A stretch of DNA of 64,000 bases. Source: Gemmatimonas sp. GTDB taxonomy: Bacteria > Gemmatimonadota > Gemmatimonadetes > Gemmatimonadales > Gemmatimonadaceae. Position 1 is the stretch's first letter; each line of letters opens with the position of its first letter. This document shows positions 50,605-60,669 of this stretch, in pieces. The notes under the pieces were generated by a model that saw only the letters and a list, made by a program, of their open reading frames with translations, did no database searches and was not told the DNA's origin. The DNA lies in contig OZ257156.1 in assembly GCA_965279375.1 (NCBI GenBank), positions 992,001-1,056,000 on the forward strand. The letters run 5' to 3'. The position numbers were made by a program, and so were the translations under genes.

Positions 50605-51780
50605 ATGTCCGGTTCCATGTCCCGCCGCCAGTGGTTGGTCGCATCAGGCCTCAGCGCGACCGCTACGCTCACGCTCCCGCAGATGCTGCGCGCGAGCGGC
50701 TCCCCGTCGCTCGATCCACACGCCCCTGTCGACTACGACGCGCTCGCGCGCGCGGCGACGGAAGCGCGGCGAGCCGCGGGCCCTATACGGTTGTGCTTCA
50801 ACGAGAATCCGTTCGGCATGTCGCCCAAGGCGAAGGCCGCGATCATGACCTCGTGGGATCAGCACAACAAGTATCAGCTCCCCGCCGTCGCGGAGCTGCG
50901 TGCCGCGTTCGCCAAGAGTGTGGGTGTGCCGACCGAAAACGTGCTGGTGACGCAGGGTTCGGGCGAAGTGCTCGACATCGCCGCCCTCGCGTACAGCATG
51001 CACGGCGGCGAGATCGTCACGGCGTGGCCCACGTTCGAAGGGCTGCCGCGCTACGCCGAAGCGATCGGCGCGACGGTGCACAAGTTGCCGCTGACCGCAT
51101 CACTCGGGCAGGACTTTGCAGCGATGGACACGCGCATCACCAACTCGGTGTCGCTTGCCTACGTCTGCAATCCCAACAACCCCACGGGCACGCTCTCCGA
51201 CACGAAGCAGTTGCACGACTTCGTGAGCAGTGCGTCACGCCGCGCAGTGGTGGTGGTGGACGAAGCATACCATGACTTCGTCGATGATCCGTCGTATCGC
51301 TCGTGCATCGATCTGGTGCTCAAGGGCGAGAACGTGATCGTGTCGCGCACGGCCTCCAAGATTCACGGCATGGCCGCGCTGCGCGTCGGCTTCGCAATTG
51401 CGCGCGCGGACATCATCGAGCGATTGCAGAAGTGTGTCACGGGTACGCCCAACGTCTTTGGCGCGCAGGCCGTGATCGCCTCGATCGCGGACACGGAATA
51501 CCAGAATTTCGTGAAGGCCCGGAATCGCGAAGGACGTGCACTGCTGGTGGACACGCTCACCAAGCTGGGCAAGCGCGTTGCGCCATCGCAGGCCAACTTC
51601 GTCTTCTTCCAGGCGGGGATGTCGGGCGAAGCGTTGCGCGTCTCGATGCTGGCCAAGGGTTTCATGATCGGCCGCGCGTTCCCGCCGTACAACGACTGGT
51701 CACGCGTGAGCATCGGTACGCCCGACGAAATGCAGGCGTTCGTTAAAGCGCTTCCCAGCTCGATGGCTGGCGCGGGCTAA
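50605..51780 (+). CDS. Class I/II PLP aminotransferase (HisC-like) with Tat signal peptide
   Basis: SRRQWL Tat motif, NENPFG, CNPNNPTG, VDEAY, RTASKIHGMAALRVG, RVSIGT. Confidence 0.9.
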   Translation: MSGSMSRRQWLVASGLSATATLTLPQMLRASGSPSLDPHAPVDYDALARAATEARRAAGPIRLCFNENPFGMSPKAKAAIMTSWDQHNKYQLPAVAELRAAFAKSVGVPTENVLVTQGSGEVLDIAALAYSMHGGEIVTAWPTFEGLPRYAEAIGATVHKLPLTASLGQDFAAMDTRITNSVSLAYVCNPNNPTGTLSDTKQLHDFVSSASRRAVVVVDEAYHDFVDDPSYRSCIDLVLKGENVIVSRTASKIHGMAALRVGFAIARADIIERLQKCVTGTPNVFGAQAVIASIADTEYQNFVKARNREGRALLVDTLTKLGKRVAPSQANFVFFQAGMSGEALRVSMLAKGFMIGRAFPPYNDWSRVSIGTPDEMQAFVKALPSSMAGAG

Positions 51781-51784
51781 CTCG

Positions 51785-52474
51785 TCATCGTTCGCATGAG
51801 GTGACAACGGGGGCCTTCGCAAGAATCGCGACGGCCCCCGTTCGTTGTACCAAAGGTCTCCGTCGAATCAGCCACTCCGCCACCAGCGCATTGATCGCCC
51901 ACGCTGATCCCATCATGATGGCGCGCGGTAGCTCGGGTGGTTTCCCCTGCATGAAGAGAAACCATGGCAGGTGCGTGAGCACCTGGGTGCCTGCACCCAT
52001 GCCCAGCGCGTACGCGCGGATCATCCGGTGTCCGTGCGCCACGAAATCGCGACAGCGAATGGCGACGATCGACGCCACGAGACTTGCCAGCATTGCCGTG
52101 CCTACCACCAGGCGCTCCAGGTAGACCAGCACGCCGTCTCCCTCGGGCCATGGATACGTTTGCGCCATGTACAGGCCGGTGAGCGCCGTCAGCAGTCCGG
52201 CCAGCAGCACGACGCGACCGGCCATGCGATGCCAGCTGCGCCACCGACGTCTGAGGCCGTCGGAGAACTGCAACGCCCCGACGATGCTGAACAACGACAC
52301 GGCTACGACGTGCAGCGCGGTGGAGACCGGTGCCGCCATGAAGCGCGCGTTCTCCGGCGTGCTGGCGACACCGTTGAGCACTTGCACGAGCCGCGCCGCG
52401 CCGGCGAGTGCCGGCACGACGCTCAAGGTCACCAACGCAGCGGGAAGATACCAATCGACTCGGCGCGTATTCAT
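51785..52474 (-). CDS. DUF2306-type membrane protein
   Basis: LHVV...GALQF...WHRMAGR, HGHRMIRAYALGMGAGTQ, WAINALVAEW. Confidence 0.85.
   Translation of the reverse strand: MNTRRVDWYLPAALVTLSVVPALAGAARLVQVLNGVASTPENARFMAAPVSTALHVVAVSLFSIVGALQFSDGLRRRWRSWHRMAGRVVLLAGLLTALTGLYMAQTYPWPEGDGVLVYLERLVVGTAMLASLVASIVAIRCRDFVAHGHRMIRAYALGMGAGTQVLTHLPWFLFMQGKPPELPRAIMMGSAWAINALVAEWLIRRRPLVQRTGAVAILAKAPVVTSCER
51803..51848 (+). repeat. Palindromic element (terminator/REP-like), copy 1
   Basis: GACAACGGGGGCCTTCGCAAGAATCGCGACGGCCCCCGTTCGTTGT, near-identical to the reverse complement of 55753-55799. Confidence 0.75.
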
Positions 52475-52504
52475 CAGTGTCCTCGCCTGGGTCGACGGCG
52501 AGTA

Positions 52505-53143
52505 TCAGTTCGTGCTCGAGCGACGACGCTTGATCGACAATCCTGCCGTGATCACGACATCGTTTCGCGTGGACGACGTGCCCGCGCCGACGAGCGGCTT
52601 GAAGCCCGTCGCGTAGTCACGCGCTTCCACGCGCAATCCCACGCGCCCCATCGACAGCTCGCCACCGGCGGCTGCGTAGCCGGCGAGGTTGTTCGTCGCG
52701 TCCACGTCGAGTTGCCGATAGTTGTAGCTGCGCGCGCCAACACCGGCACCGACGAACGGGCGGAGCGAGACGGCGCGATCGGCAAACAGCTGCACCGGTC
52801 GCACTTCCACGCCGGCGTCGCTCGTGAACACATCCAACTTGGGGCGCCCCGCCGTCAGCAGATCTCGGCTACGAGCCCACGCGAAGCTCCCCGTGACCGC
52901 GATGGCCGGATGGACGAGCCACGAGAGCTGCACGGCACTGACCTGCGCGTCCTTCAGGACATCGCGCTGCGCGCCCGTGCCCACGAGCGCGCCGCTGGTG
53001 AAGCGCAGCGCCCACGGCGACTCGGTCGTCGGGACGGTCTGTGCACAGATGGCGCGGGTGCCGACGATGCTCAGCAACCCCGCCGACACGATGGCGGCGC
53101 GGCGGACACGGACGAAGCAGGATGCGACGGATAGGATGGACAT
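52505..53143 (-). CDS. Secreted outer-membrane beta-barrel-like hypothetical protein
   Basis: Signal peptide, amphipathic strands (LRPFVGAGVG, GLRVEARDY, VVITAGLSI), GGAG RBS. Confidence 0.75.
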   Translation of the reverse strand: MSILSVASCFVRVRRAAIVSAGLLSIVGTRAICAQTVPTTESPWALRFTSGALVGTGAQRDVLKDAQVSAVQLSWLVHPAIAVTGSFAWARSRDLLTAGRPKLDVFTSDAGVEVRPVQLFADRAVSLRPFVGAGVGARSYNYRQLDVDATNNLAGYAAAGGELSMGRVGLRVEARDYATGFKPLVGAGTSSTRNDVVITAGLSIKRRRSSTN

Positions 53144-53214
53144 GTGCGGCTCCTCGGAGGTTGACTAGGGGTGGCGCGTCGTGCGGCAGCTACCGTTTCC
53201 GCTGCGCCTGTATT

Positions 53215-53269
53215 AGTGTACGTGATACACTGTACGTGTGTACCATATACACAGTTTCAGATCTGTCAA
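53215..53269. promoter_or_regulatory. Two tandem TetR-type palindromic operators overlapping a minus-strand sigma70-like promoter
   Basis: AGTGTA-N5-TACACT (53215-53231) and TGTGTA-N5-TACACA (53237-53253). Minus-strand TTGACA (53269-53264), 16-bp spacer, TATGGT (53247-53242). Confidence 0.75.
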
Positions 53270-53289
53270 CTGGGAATTCGAGAATCGCG

Positions 53290-54102
53290 ATGCCGGGACG
53301 AAAAAAGTCGAAGGCGAAGTCCGAGGTCGTCACACACGACCTGCTGATGCAGTCCGCGATCCGGATCGATCCGGAGCTGCGCCGGCGGAGTCAGCTGCTC
53401 TGGGAGGAGCGCGCGCAGTCGGCGCGCGGTCCCAAGGCTGCCCTCACTCCAGACGACGTCGTGCAGGCCGCCATGGAGATCGCTGACGACAGCGGGATTG
53501 CGGCGGTGACGATGAGCGCGGTGTCGGCGCGCGTCGGCTACACGACGATGGCCGTGTACCGCTACTTCCCGAGCAAGGAAGCGCTGCTCGATGCCATCGT
53601 CGACGCCGGATTGGGCCAACCGCCGGTGCCCGCTGTACCGCGCGGCGACTGGCGTGCAGAGCTGGCGAACTGGGCGCGCGCCAAACGTGCGATGCTCTGT
53701 TCACGCCCCTGGCTCGCCGAACTGCCGTTCGTGGCGGCACCACATGGCCCCAACTGGCTGAGTTGGTTGGAGGCGGTGATCGACTCGCTCTCCGTCACGC
53801 AACTCAGCGCGGCCGACAAAGGCGAGGTGCTCAGCATTCTCGATGGCTACACGCGTGGCGCGAGCGACACGGCCATCTCACTCGCGCGAGCGCGCGCACG
53901 CGGAACATCGGACGCCGAGTGGGCGGCAGCGGTAGGCGCCGATCTAGGACGCGCGATTGGTGATCCGCGCTTTCCGATGTTCGCGGCTCTCATCACCGCG
54001 CCGCCAACGGGCGCGCCGCGTTCACTCGACGAGTCGTTCGAGTTCGGGCTCGCGCGAGTGTTGGATGGGATCGAGCAGTATGTGAATCGGGCGACGACGT
54101 AA
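53290..54102 (+). CDS. TetR/AcrR family regulator with TetR_C-like domain
   Basis: VVQAAMEIAD..GIAAVTM..VSARVG.TTMAVYRYFPSKEALL, WRAEL, FEFGLARVLDG. Confidence 0.94.
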   Translation: MPGRKKSKAKSEVVTHDLLMQSAIRIDPELRRRSQLLWEERAQSARGPKAALTPDDVVQAAMEIADDSGIAAVTMSAVSARVGYTTMAVYRYFPSKEALLDAIVDAGLGQPPVPAVPRGDWRAELANWARAKRAMLCSRPWLAELPFVAAPHGPNWLSWLEAVIDSLSVTQLSAADKGEVLSILDGYTRGASDTAISLARARARGTSDAEWAAAVGADLGRAIGDPRFPMFAALITAPPTGAPRSLDESFEFGLARVLDGIEQYVNRATT

Positions 54103-54133
54103 CGCGACAGGTCGTCCGCGAAGCTTCCGGCCC

Positions 54134-55693
54134 TTACCCGTCCAGCAACAGCTCGAGGAACGCCGCCCCGTACCGCTCCAACTTCGCCTCGCCCACTCCC
54201 GGCACCAGCAACAGCTCGCGCCGGCTCGTCGGTCGGCGCGCCACCATCTCCAGCAGCACCTTGTCGCCGAACACGATGTACGCCGGCACCCCCGCCTCAT
54301 CGGCCAACTGACGGCGCACCACGCGCAGCTTGTCGAACAGCTCGCGATCATCGTCGTCCAACATCGAGGCATCGGGCCCGCGTGCGGCCTTGGACGAACC
54401 GCCGCCGAGCCCAACGCGAACTCCGCGCACGGTGCTGCGCTGCGATTCCACCAACTCGGCGATGCGCACATCGATGGGCTGACCACTGCACACATCGCAC
54501 GAGCCCTCACACGGGCCGATCTCCTCATCGAAGTGCGCCACCAGCGCCTGATGTCGGCAGCGCGTGCGCTCCACCATGTCGAACAGCGCGATCGTCGACG
54601 CGCGCGTACGCGCCCGCAGGTCTTCCTCCAGTCCATCGAGGAAGCGCTCGTGCATCTTCACATCGGCCCACGAATAGAACATCACGCAGTCACTCGGCAA
54701 TCCGTCACGCCCCGCGCGACCGATTTCCTGATACCACGACTCGATGTCCTTGGGCATGTCGCGGTGAATGACAAAGCGCACGTTGGACTTGTCGATGCCC
54801 ATGCCGAACGCCACGGTGGCCACAATGACATCTACGTCGTCGCGCTGAAACGCTTCCTGATTCCGCGCGCGCTCATCGGCCTCGAGCCCGGCGTGATACG
54901 GCAACGCGCGAATGCCCTGCGCATTCAGAAACTCGGCCGTCTGGTCCACGCCTTTGCGACTCTGGCAGTACACGATGCCGCTTTCGCCCGCGTGTGCGCG
55001 AATGAGCGCAAGGATTTCGGCGCGCGTGTTGCCGCCCTGCCCCTTCTTTCGCACTGCGATCTGCAGGTTGGGGCGAAAGAACGAGCCCTTGAATCCAGCG
55101 GGCTTCCGCATGCCCAGTTGCCGCAGAATGTCGAGCGCAACCCGACGCGTGGCCGTCGCGGTGAGCGCGAGCACGGGCACGTCGAGTTGCTCCTTGAGTC
55201 CCTGCAGCCGGCGATACGACGGACGAAAGTCGTGCCCCCACTGACTGATGCAGTGCGCTTCGTCGACCACCAGCAGCGAGATGGGACAGTCGCGCACGAA
55301 ATCGCCGAGGTAGCCGTCGAGCGCTTCGGGCGCAAGAAAGACCAGTTCATACTTGCCCGCACGAAACGCGTCCATGCGTTCGCGCCGTTCGTCGAGCGAG
55401 AGCGTGGAGTTGATCGCCGCCACCGAGAAACCCAGGCCGGCCACTGCATCCACCTGGTCTTTCATGAGCGAAATGAGCGGCGAAATCACCAGCACCGTGC
55501 CCTTCAGCAGCCGCGCCGGCAGTTGATAGGTGAGCGACTTTCCCGCGCCGGTTGGCATGAGCGCGATGCAGTCCTTCCCCGCCAGCACCGCGTCAATGAC
55601 TTCGCGTTGACCGGGTCGGAATTCGTCAAACCCGAACACATCGCGGAGGATGGCTTCGGGGGTGCGGTCGCTGGTGTCGTGCGTATGGGGCAA
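54134..55693 (-). CDS. recQ: RecQ-family ATP-dependent DNA helicase with HRDC domain
   Basis: [50 protein letters not shown], Zn-site cysteines, HRDC (VPAYIVFGD...[11 protein letters not shown]). Confidence 0.93.
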   Translation of the reverse strand: MPHTHDTSDRTPEAILRDVFGFDEFRPGQREVIDAVLAGKDCIALMPTGAGKSLTYQLPARLLKGTVLVISPLISLMKDQVDAVAGLGFSVAAINSTLSLDERRERMDAFRAGKYELVFLAPEALDGYLGDFVRDCPISLLVVDEAHCISQWGHDFRPSYRRLQGLKEQLDVPVLALTATATRRVALDILRQLGMRKPAGFKGSFFRPNLQIAVRKKGQGGNTRAEILALIRAHAGESGIVYCQSRKGVDQTAEFLNAQGIRALPYHAGLEADERARNQEAFQRDDVDVIVATVAFGMGIDKSNVRFVIHRDMPKDIESWYQEIGRAGRDGLPSDCVMFYSWADVKMHERFLDGLEEDLRARTRASTIALFDMVERTRCRHQALVAHFDEEIGPCEGSCDVCSGQPIDVRIAELVESQRSTVRGVRVGLGGGSSKAARGPDASMLDDDDRELFDKLRVVRRQLADEAGVPAYIVFGDKVLLEMVARRPTSRRELLLVPGVGEAKLERYGAAFLELLLDG

Positions 55694-55752
55694 CGTGAAG
55701 CGCGTGAGCGGAACGGCAGTACGGCAAGTGCGAGGGACGGCGTCAGCACAAC

Positions 55753-55799
55753 ATAACGACGCGGGGGCCTTCGCGATCGATGCGAAGGCCCCCGTTGTC
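55753..55799 (-). repeat. Palindromic element (terminator/REP-like), copy 2
   Basis: Minus strand GACAACGGGGGCCTTCGCATCGATCGCGAAGGCCCCCGCGTCGTTAT, 30 bp after the amidohydrolase stop. Confidence 0.75.
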
Positions 55800-55829
55800 T
55801 GCTTGCGTGCTTTCTGTGAAGCGGTGCTG

Positions 55830-58800
55830 CTACTTGGTGCTGGGCTGGGTGTAGGTCCACGGCTGCTTCGGCAGCGGACGCTGACGCGGATACAACTCGT
55901 CGAGCGTATTGCCGTCGTACAGGCGGCCGTTCACCATGACCATCCCCACCGAGTTGCTGTTGCGGATGTTCACGAGCGGATCCTTGTCGAGCACAATGAG
56001 GTCGGCGTACTTGCCCGCCTCGAGTGAGCCGATCTCCGCACCCAAGCCAATCGCTTCGGCGCCAACGATCGTCGCCGAACGCAGGGCATCATGCGTGGAG
56101 AGTCCGCCCGACTGCACGAGCCACAGCTCCCAGTGCATGCCGAGTCCCTGCAGCTGGCCGTGGCTGCCAATGCCGATGCGTCCGCCGGCATCGACAGTCT
56201 TCGCGATGTCCTCGGCGTGCTGCCACATCGCGTACTCTTCCTTCACCGCAAAGCCCGCAGGACCGGGGGCGTTACCCGATCCACGACGACGGATCTTGCC
56301 ATCAAGGTCCACTGGGTGCGTGAAGCGACGCAGCTTGGTGTCGTTCACGAGATCTTCCGTCTGATAGAACCAGCCTTCGCCGAACGGGCCGCCGTACTCC
56401 ACGATGAGTGTGGGTGAGTTGGTGACCTGCGTGGCCTTGTACCACTGGAAGACGTCGTCGTACTTGGGCGTGATCGGCAGCGTGTGTTCGATGCCCGGAT
56501 AGCCATCGATGCCGTGCGTCAGGTTGAGCTTCTGATCGAGGCCGCCTTCGGTGGTGGGCATGATGCCAAGCTCCTTGGCCGCCATGATGATCCACTGCCG
56601 CTGCTGCCGATTGCCGCTCATGTACATCTTGAGCGTCTTGGTGTCGTAGTACTTGGCGTAACGCGTCAGGATTTCCTTGGCGTGCTCGAGGCTGCGCACC
56701 GGTTCCTGCGCAAAGACGCCGGGGCCCGTGGTGTAGATGCGCGGGCCGATCATCTCGCCATCCTCAACGCGATCGGAGTACGAGAGGAAGTCGGTGCTGG
56801 ACGTCTGCGGGTCGCGCGTGGTGGTGGTGCCGTACGCGAGCGTGGTGAGGTACTGCCACGTCTGCGTGTTGTGGATCTGCGGCGTGAGCCACTGCGGGTG
56901 ATAGTGCGTATCCACCATACCCGGCATGATCACTTTGCCGGTGACGTCCATGATCTTCGCGCCATCGGGAATGGTCACGCTGCCACGTGCACCCACCGCG
57001 ACGATCTTGTTGTCGCGCACGACGATGTCGGCGTTCTCGATGATTTCCTTGCCCTTCATCGTGATCGTCTTCGCACCGCGGAACACGATCACACCGCGCG
57101 GCGTGTCGCGCGTGGCCTTGAGGGCAATCTTCATCTCCGCCGGCTTGTAACTCGGCGGCGTCTTCTTGGTGGTATCTGCCTTGGCGATGGAGTCAGCGCG
57201 CGTGACGCTGTCCTTCACGCTCTTGGTGGTATCGGCGCGAATGATCGCCTTGCGACGACCGTCGGCCTTGAGCGAATCGTCGACCACCTTGGCGCGATCC
57301 AGGTTATACGTCCACACGGCGTTGCCGAGTGCCCAGTGCACGTTCTTGCCGTCGGCGCTCCACGTGGGGAACTCGCCGCCGATCGTGTTGAGCTTGCGAA
57401 CGGGTACTGGCGCGGCTTCGGGCGCAGCGACGGACACCGTGGGTGCCGTACCGCCGGTTTGAGCGACGGTGACCGTGTACACGTCCATACCGACCATCGC
57501 GAGCGCCTGATCGCCCTTGGGCGCCATCAGAATGACGGACGCTGGCGGCGCCTGCGGCGGTGTGGGTTCGGCGTCATCGAGATGCATCGCGAAGCCCAAC
57601 GGACGCGCGGCGCGACCACCGATGTAGTGTCGTGCTTCGCGTTCCACGAGCGCGGCATCGAGCGTCGTGCCGCCACCCGTGCGCCCTGCGGCGACTGGAT
57701 CTTCACCGTCGGCGCCACCGGCGTTGGGCGGGAGCGGACCTGTTACGCGCAAATGTGTTTGCAGATCGGTGCCATCCCAACGGAACGACTGTAGCCCCGC
57801 ACGCCCTGATGCATAGATGCGCGTGGCGTCCTCGGTGAAGTGCGGCGAGCCCATGCCACCGGTGGGCATGATCATCGTCGCGGCGCCGCCGTTGGCGTTG
57901 AGCCAGATGAACTCGGCGGCGGCCGGTCCAAAGAATGCCGCACCAGCTTCCTGCATTTCGCGTGCAGCGGCGCGTACCGCGACGATGCGATCGCCTGCGG
58001 GCGACCACGCGAGATCGGTATACAATCCCGGGTTGGTGGTGATCGCTTTGGTGCTCCATCCCTTCTTGGGATCGAGCGTGGCGCGCATGATCTGTCCACC
58101 GGCCGCATCGGCCCACGTCACGTAGGCAATCGACTTGCCGTCGGGCGACCAGATCGGGTTGAATTCACCGGTCGTTCCCGTCGTGATGCGCGTTGGCGTG
58201 CCGTTGGGCAGCGTCATCACGTGAATCTTGCCGAGCGACGAGAAGGCGAGCTGCTTGCCATCGGGCGACGGCTGAATGTCGCGCACCTGGCGTGCGGTGA
58301 ACGTCGCTGCGGTATCGATGGTGTAGGCGAACTTCACCTCGGGTCCCATCTCGAGCTTCACTTCTGCTTCGAACGGAATCTTCACCGGCGCCGTCTTGTC
58401 GACGGGCACACGCCAGATCTCGCCGCCGTATGACACGATCACCGACTTGGAGTCGGGGGTGAAGGTGAAGCCCGGATAGGCGTCCATCGGCGCACGCGAT
58501 TCCATGTCGTCACGCTGCACCGGGAAGGCGAGCCAGCTCTCTTCCTGCGTGTTGAGATTGCGCAGACGGAGCCCCGTCTTGGTCTCGAAGCGCGTGCCGT
58601 ACACGAGGTACTGCCCATCGGGCGAGAGCGTCGGGCGGAAGCCCGAGCCAAAGCGCGTAGTCATCTGCGACGTGCGGCCGTTGTCGCGATCCCACACGTA
58701 GAGCTGATACTGCGCGCCGATGCTGTTGTACTGCCAGTCGCCAGTGCGCGCGGCAAACCACAGATAGCGCGGGTCCTTGCCGTATGCGGCACCAACCATC

Positions 58801-59369
58801 TTGAGCGTGGCCGGTACGGCCGGCGTCGTAGTGAGCGGTAAGCCGTTACCACCGTCCACGTGATAGGTCCACAGCTTGCCCGTGCCTCCGAGTCCGCCCG
58901 AGCGCGACACGACAATGTACTTGCCGTCCGGCGCCCACTCGGGCGACACGTACATGTTGTTGTTGCCCTTCGTGATCTGCGTGGTGTCCTTTCCGTCGAG
59001 CGAGAGCGTCCAGACGTTCTCACCACCGGAGCGATCGGACACGAACACAAGCTTCTTGCCGTCGGGCGAATAGCGTGGCTGTGCGTCGAACGCCATGCCG
59101 CTCGTGATGCGTGTGGCTTTGCCGCCGGCGATTGGCAGGGTGTACAGATCACCGAGCAGATCGAAGACGAGTTGCTGTCCGTCTGGCGAGATGTCGAGCG
59201 ACAGCCACGTGCCCTTGGTCGTGGTGAAGACCGAGGTACGTGCGGTCTTGAGCGGCAGCGTGTTGGCCGCTGCCGTCGCGGCCGCTGTGGGCGCGCCTTG
59301 CGCAGCAAGCGCTGCGGCGGCGAAGGGAAGCGCTGCGAGGGCAGCGATTGGAGACCAGCGAGTGCGCAC
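55830..59369 (-). CDS. Secreted amidohydrolase with N-terminal TolB/PD40-like beta-propeller
   Basis: Repeated SPDG motifs, [35 protein letters not shown] start 59369 with GGAG RBS. Confidence 0.9.
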   Translation of the reverse strand: MRTRWSPIAALAALPFAAAALAAQGAPTAAATAAANTLPLKTARTSVFTTTKGTWLSLDISPDGQQLVFDLLGDLYTLPIAGGKATRITSGMAFDAQPRYSPDGKKLVFVSDRSGGENVWTLSLDGKDTTQITKGNNNMYVSPEWAPDGKYIVVSRSGGLGGTGKLWTYHVDGGNGLPLTTTPAVPATLKMVGAAYGKDPRYLWFAARTGDWQYNSIGAQYQLYVWDRDNGRTSQMTTRFGSGFRPTLSPDGQYLVYGTRFETKTGLRLRNLNTQEESWLAFPVQRDDMESRAPMDAYPGFTFTPDSKSVIVSYGGEIWRVPVDKTAPVKIPFEAEVKLEMGPEVKFAYTIDTAATFTARQVRDIQPSPDGKQLAFSSLGKIHVMTLPNGTPTRITTGTTGEFNPIWSPDGKSIAYVTWADAAGGQIMRATLDPKKGWSTKAITTNPGLYTDLAWSPAGDRIVAVRAAAREMQEAGAAFFGPAAAEFIWLNANGGAATMIMPTGGMGSPHFTEDATRIYASGRAGLQSFRWDGTDLQTHLRVTGPLPPNAGGADGEDPVAAGRTGGGTTLDAALVEREARHYIGGRAARPLGFAMHLDDAEPTPPQAPPASVILMAPKGDQALAMVGMDVYTVTVAQTGGTAPTVSVAAPEAAPVPVRKLNTIGGEFPTWSADGKNVHWALGNAVWTYNLDRAKVVDDSLKADGRRKAIIRADTTKSVKDSVTRADSIAKADTTKKTPPSYKPAEMKIALKATRDTPRGVIVFRGAKTITMKGKEIIENADIVVRDNKIVAVGARGSVTIPDGAKIMDVTGKVIMPGMVDTHYHPQWLTPQIHNTQTWQYLTTLAYGTTTTRDPQTSSTDFLSYSDRVEDGEMIGPRIYTTGPGVFAQEPVRSLEHAKEILTRYAKYYDTKTLKMYMSGNRQQRQWIIMAAKELGIMPTTEGGLDQKLNLTHGIDGYPGIEHTLPITPKYDDVFQWYKATQVTNSPTLIVEYGGPFGEGWFYQTEDLVNDTKLRRFTHPVDLDGKIRRRGSGNAPGPAGFAVKEEYAMWQHAEDIAKTVDAGGRIGIGSHGQLQGLGMHWELWLVQSGGLSTHDALRSATIVGAEAIGLGAEIGSLEAGKYADLIVLDKDPLVNIRNSNSVGMVMVNGRLYDGNTLDELYPRQRPLPKQPWTYTQPSTK

Positions 59370-59456
59370 GGTTTCGACTCCGGAATCAGCAGGGTTTACG
59401 ACACGGCACGCCATCACACACACCACCGTGTCCTGGCAACATGCCCCACACACGAG

Positions 59457-60659
59457 CTACAAATACGATAGCCACCAATCCGTGCGGCGCGCACGCAGGG
59501 CGCCAAACCAACGGCAGAGCGGATACATGAGCAGCAACACCACCAGCCACGCGAGATAGACCACGGGCAGATCGTAGCCGAAGTCCTTGGGAAAGGCCTC
59601 GGCCGGCCCACCCATCGACGGCGCAGCGCGAATGGCAAATCCGATCGCGCTCGCGCCATACCGCGCCATGCTCGCCACGATCATCATCACGTGCAGCAGG
59701 AAGAAGTGCCCGAGAAAGTAGAACAACGGCACGCGCCCGAATACCAGCAGCGGATTGGAGGCGGCAAACTCCTTGCCGGCAAGCCACGCGAGAAGCACGA
59801 GGGCCGGTCCGAGTGTCATCAGCAGAAACAGCAACGATGGCGGTTGCTTGTTTGCATTGAAGAACGACAGCACTGTCGTCACGGCCGCCGGTTGTGTGCT
59901 CCACGGCACAGGATCGCCGTACAGGTTGAGCGCACGCAGCAGCACGAAGGCCGCGATGCAGCCAACGCCGATGCGTCCAACAGTGCGTCGCCACGTGGTG
60001 GGCGCGCTGAGGATGAACTCGCCGAGGCAGTAGCCGAGCGCCATGACGGCGCACCACGGAATGAGCGGGTAACCATCGATGGCGATGATGGGCCCACCGA
60101 GGCGAAGAATGCCCGGTTGATGCAGCACCGTCCACAGCCACGACAGCGACCCGAGTTGCTCCGCGCGCACGCCGTCGAATGCGTTGTGGCCGAGCACCAC
60201 GAGTGCTGCGATCGGGGCGAGGATGCGCACGGGAATGTGCACGAGCGCGGCGAGCACGATCATCGACGCGCCGAGCGCGAAGAGCGTGATCAGCAGAATC
60301 GGTGACGCAAAGCTGAACGTGAAGTCGAACGCCAGCCGCATGAGGATGACTTCAGCGACGATCAGCCAGAGCCCGCGCGTAAAGAGGAAGCGCGAGAGTT
60401 GAGCCGTAGTTCGACCGGGTTTGGACAGCCAGAGTCGTGCGGCCGTGCCGGCGAGCAGCATGAACGTCGGCGCGCAGATGTGCGTGATCCAGCGCGTGAA
60501 GAACAGCTGCGGCGTGGTGGTGGCGAGATCGGTCGGTGAACCGGTCATCGCCCCGATGTGGAAGAAGTCACGCGTGTGGTCGATGGCCATGATGATCATG
60601 ACCAGACCTCGTAGCGCATCGATGGATGGCAGTCGAGGACGTTCCAATCTGCCTTCCAT
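59457..60659 (-). CDS. DUF1624 / heparan-alpha-glucosaminide N-acetyltransferase-like membrane protein
   Basis: SIDALRGLVMIIMAIDH, RWITHICAPTF, YPLIPW, KQPPSLLFLL, GRVPLFYF. Confidence 0.9.
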   Translation of the reverse strand: MEGRLERPRLPSIDALRGLVMIIMAIDHTRDFFHIGAMTGSPTDLATTTPQLFFTRWITHICAPTFMLLAGTAARLWLSKPGRTTAQLSRFLFTRGLWLIVAEVILMRLAFDFTFSFASPILLITLFALGASMIVLAALVHIPVRILAPIAALVVLGHNAFDGVRAEQLGSLSWLWTVLHQPGILRLGGPIIAIDGYPLIPWCAVMALGYCLGEFILSAPTTWRRTVGRIGVGCIAAFVLLRALNLYGDPVPWSTQPAAVTTVLSFFNANKQPPSLLFLLMTLGPALVLLAWLAGKEFAASNPLLVFGRVPLFYFLGHFFLLHVMMIVASMARYGASAIGFAIRAAPSMGGPAEAFPKDFGYDLPVVYLAWLVVLLLMYPLCRWFGALRARRTDWWLSYL

Positions 60660-60669
60660 AGGCGCGATG

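Noticed and set aside
50605..51780. Calling this gene hisC
   Set aside because: The Tat signal and absence of a his context argue for a paralogue.
59370..59456. GTTTCGACTCC resembling a tRNA T-arm, plus a GACACGG...CCGTGTC hairpin
   Set aside because: No cloverleaf can be built. The first overlaps the amidohydrolase RBS region and the hairpin is too weak to call.
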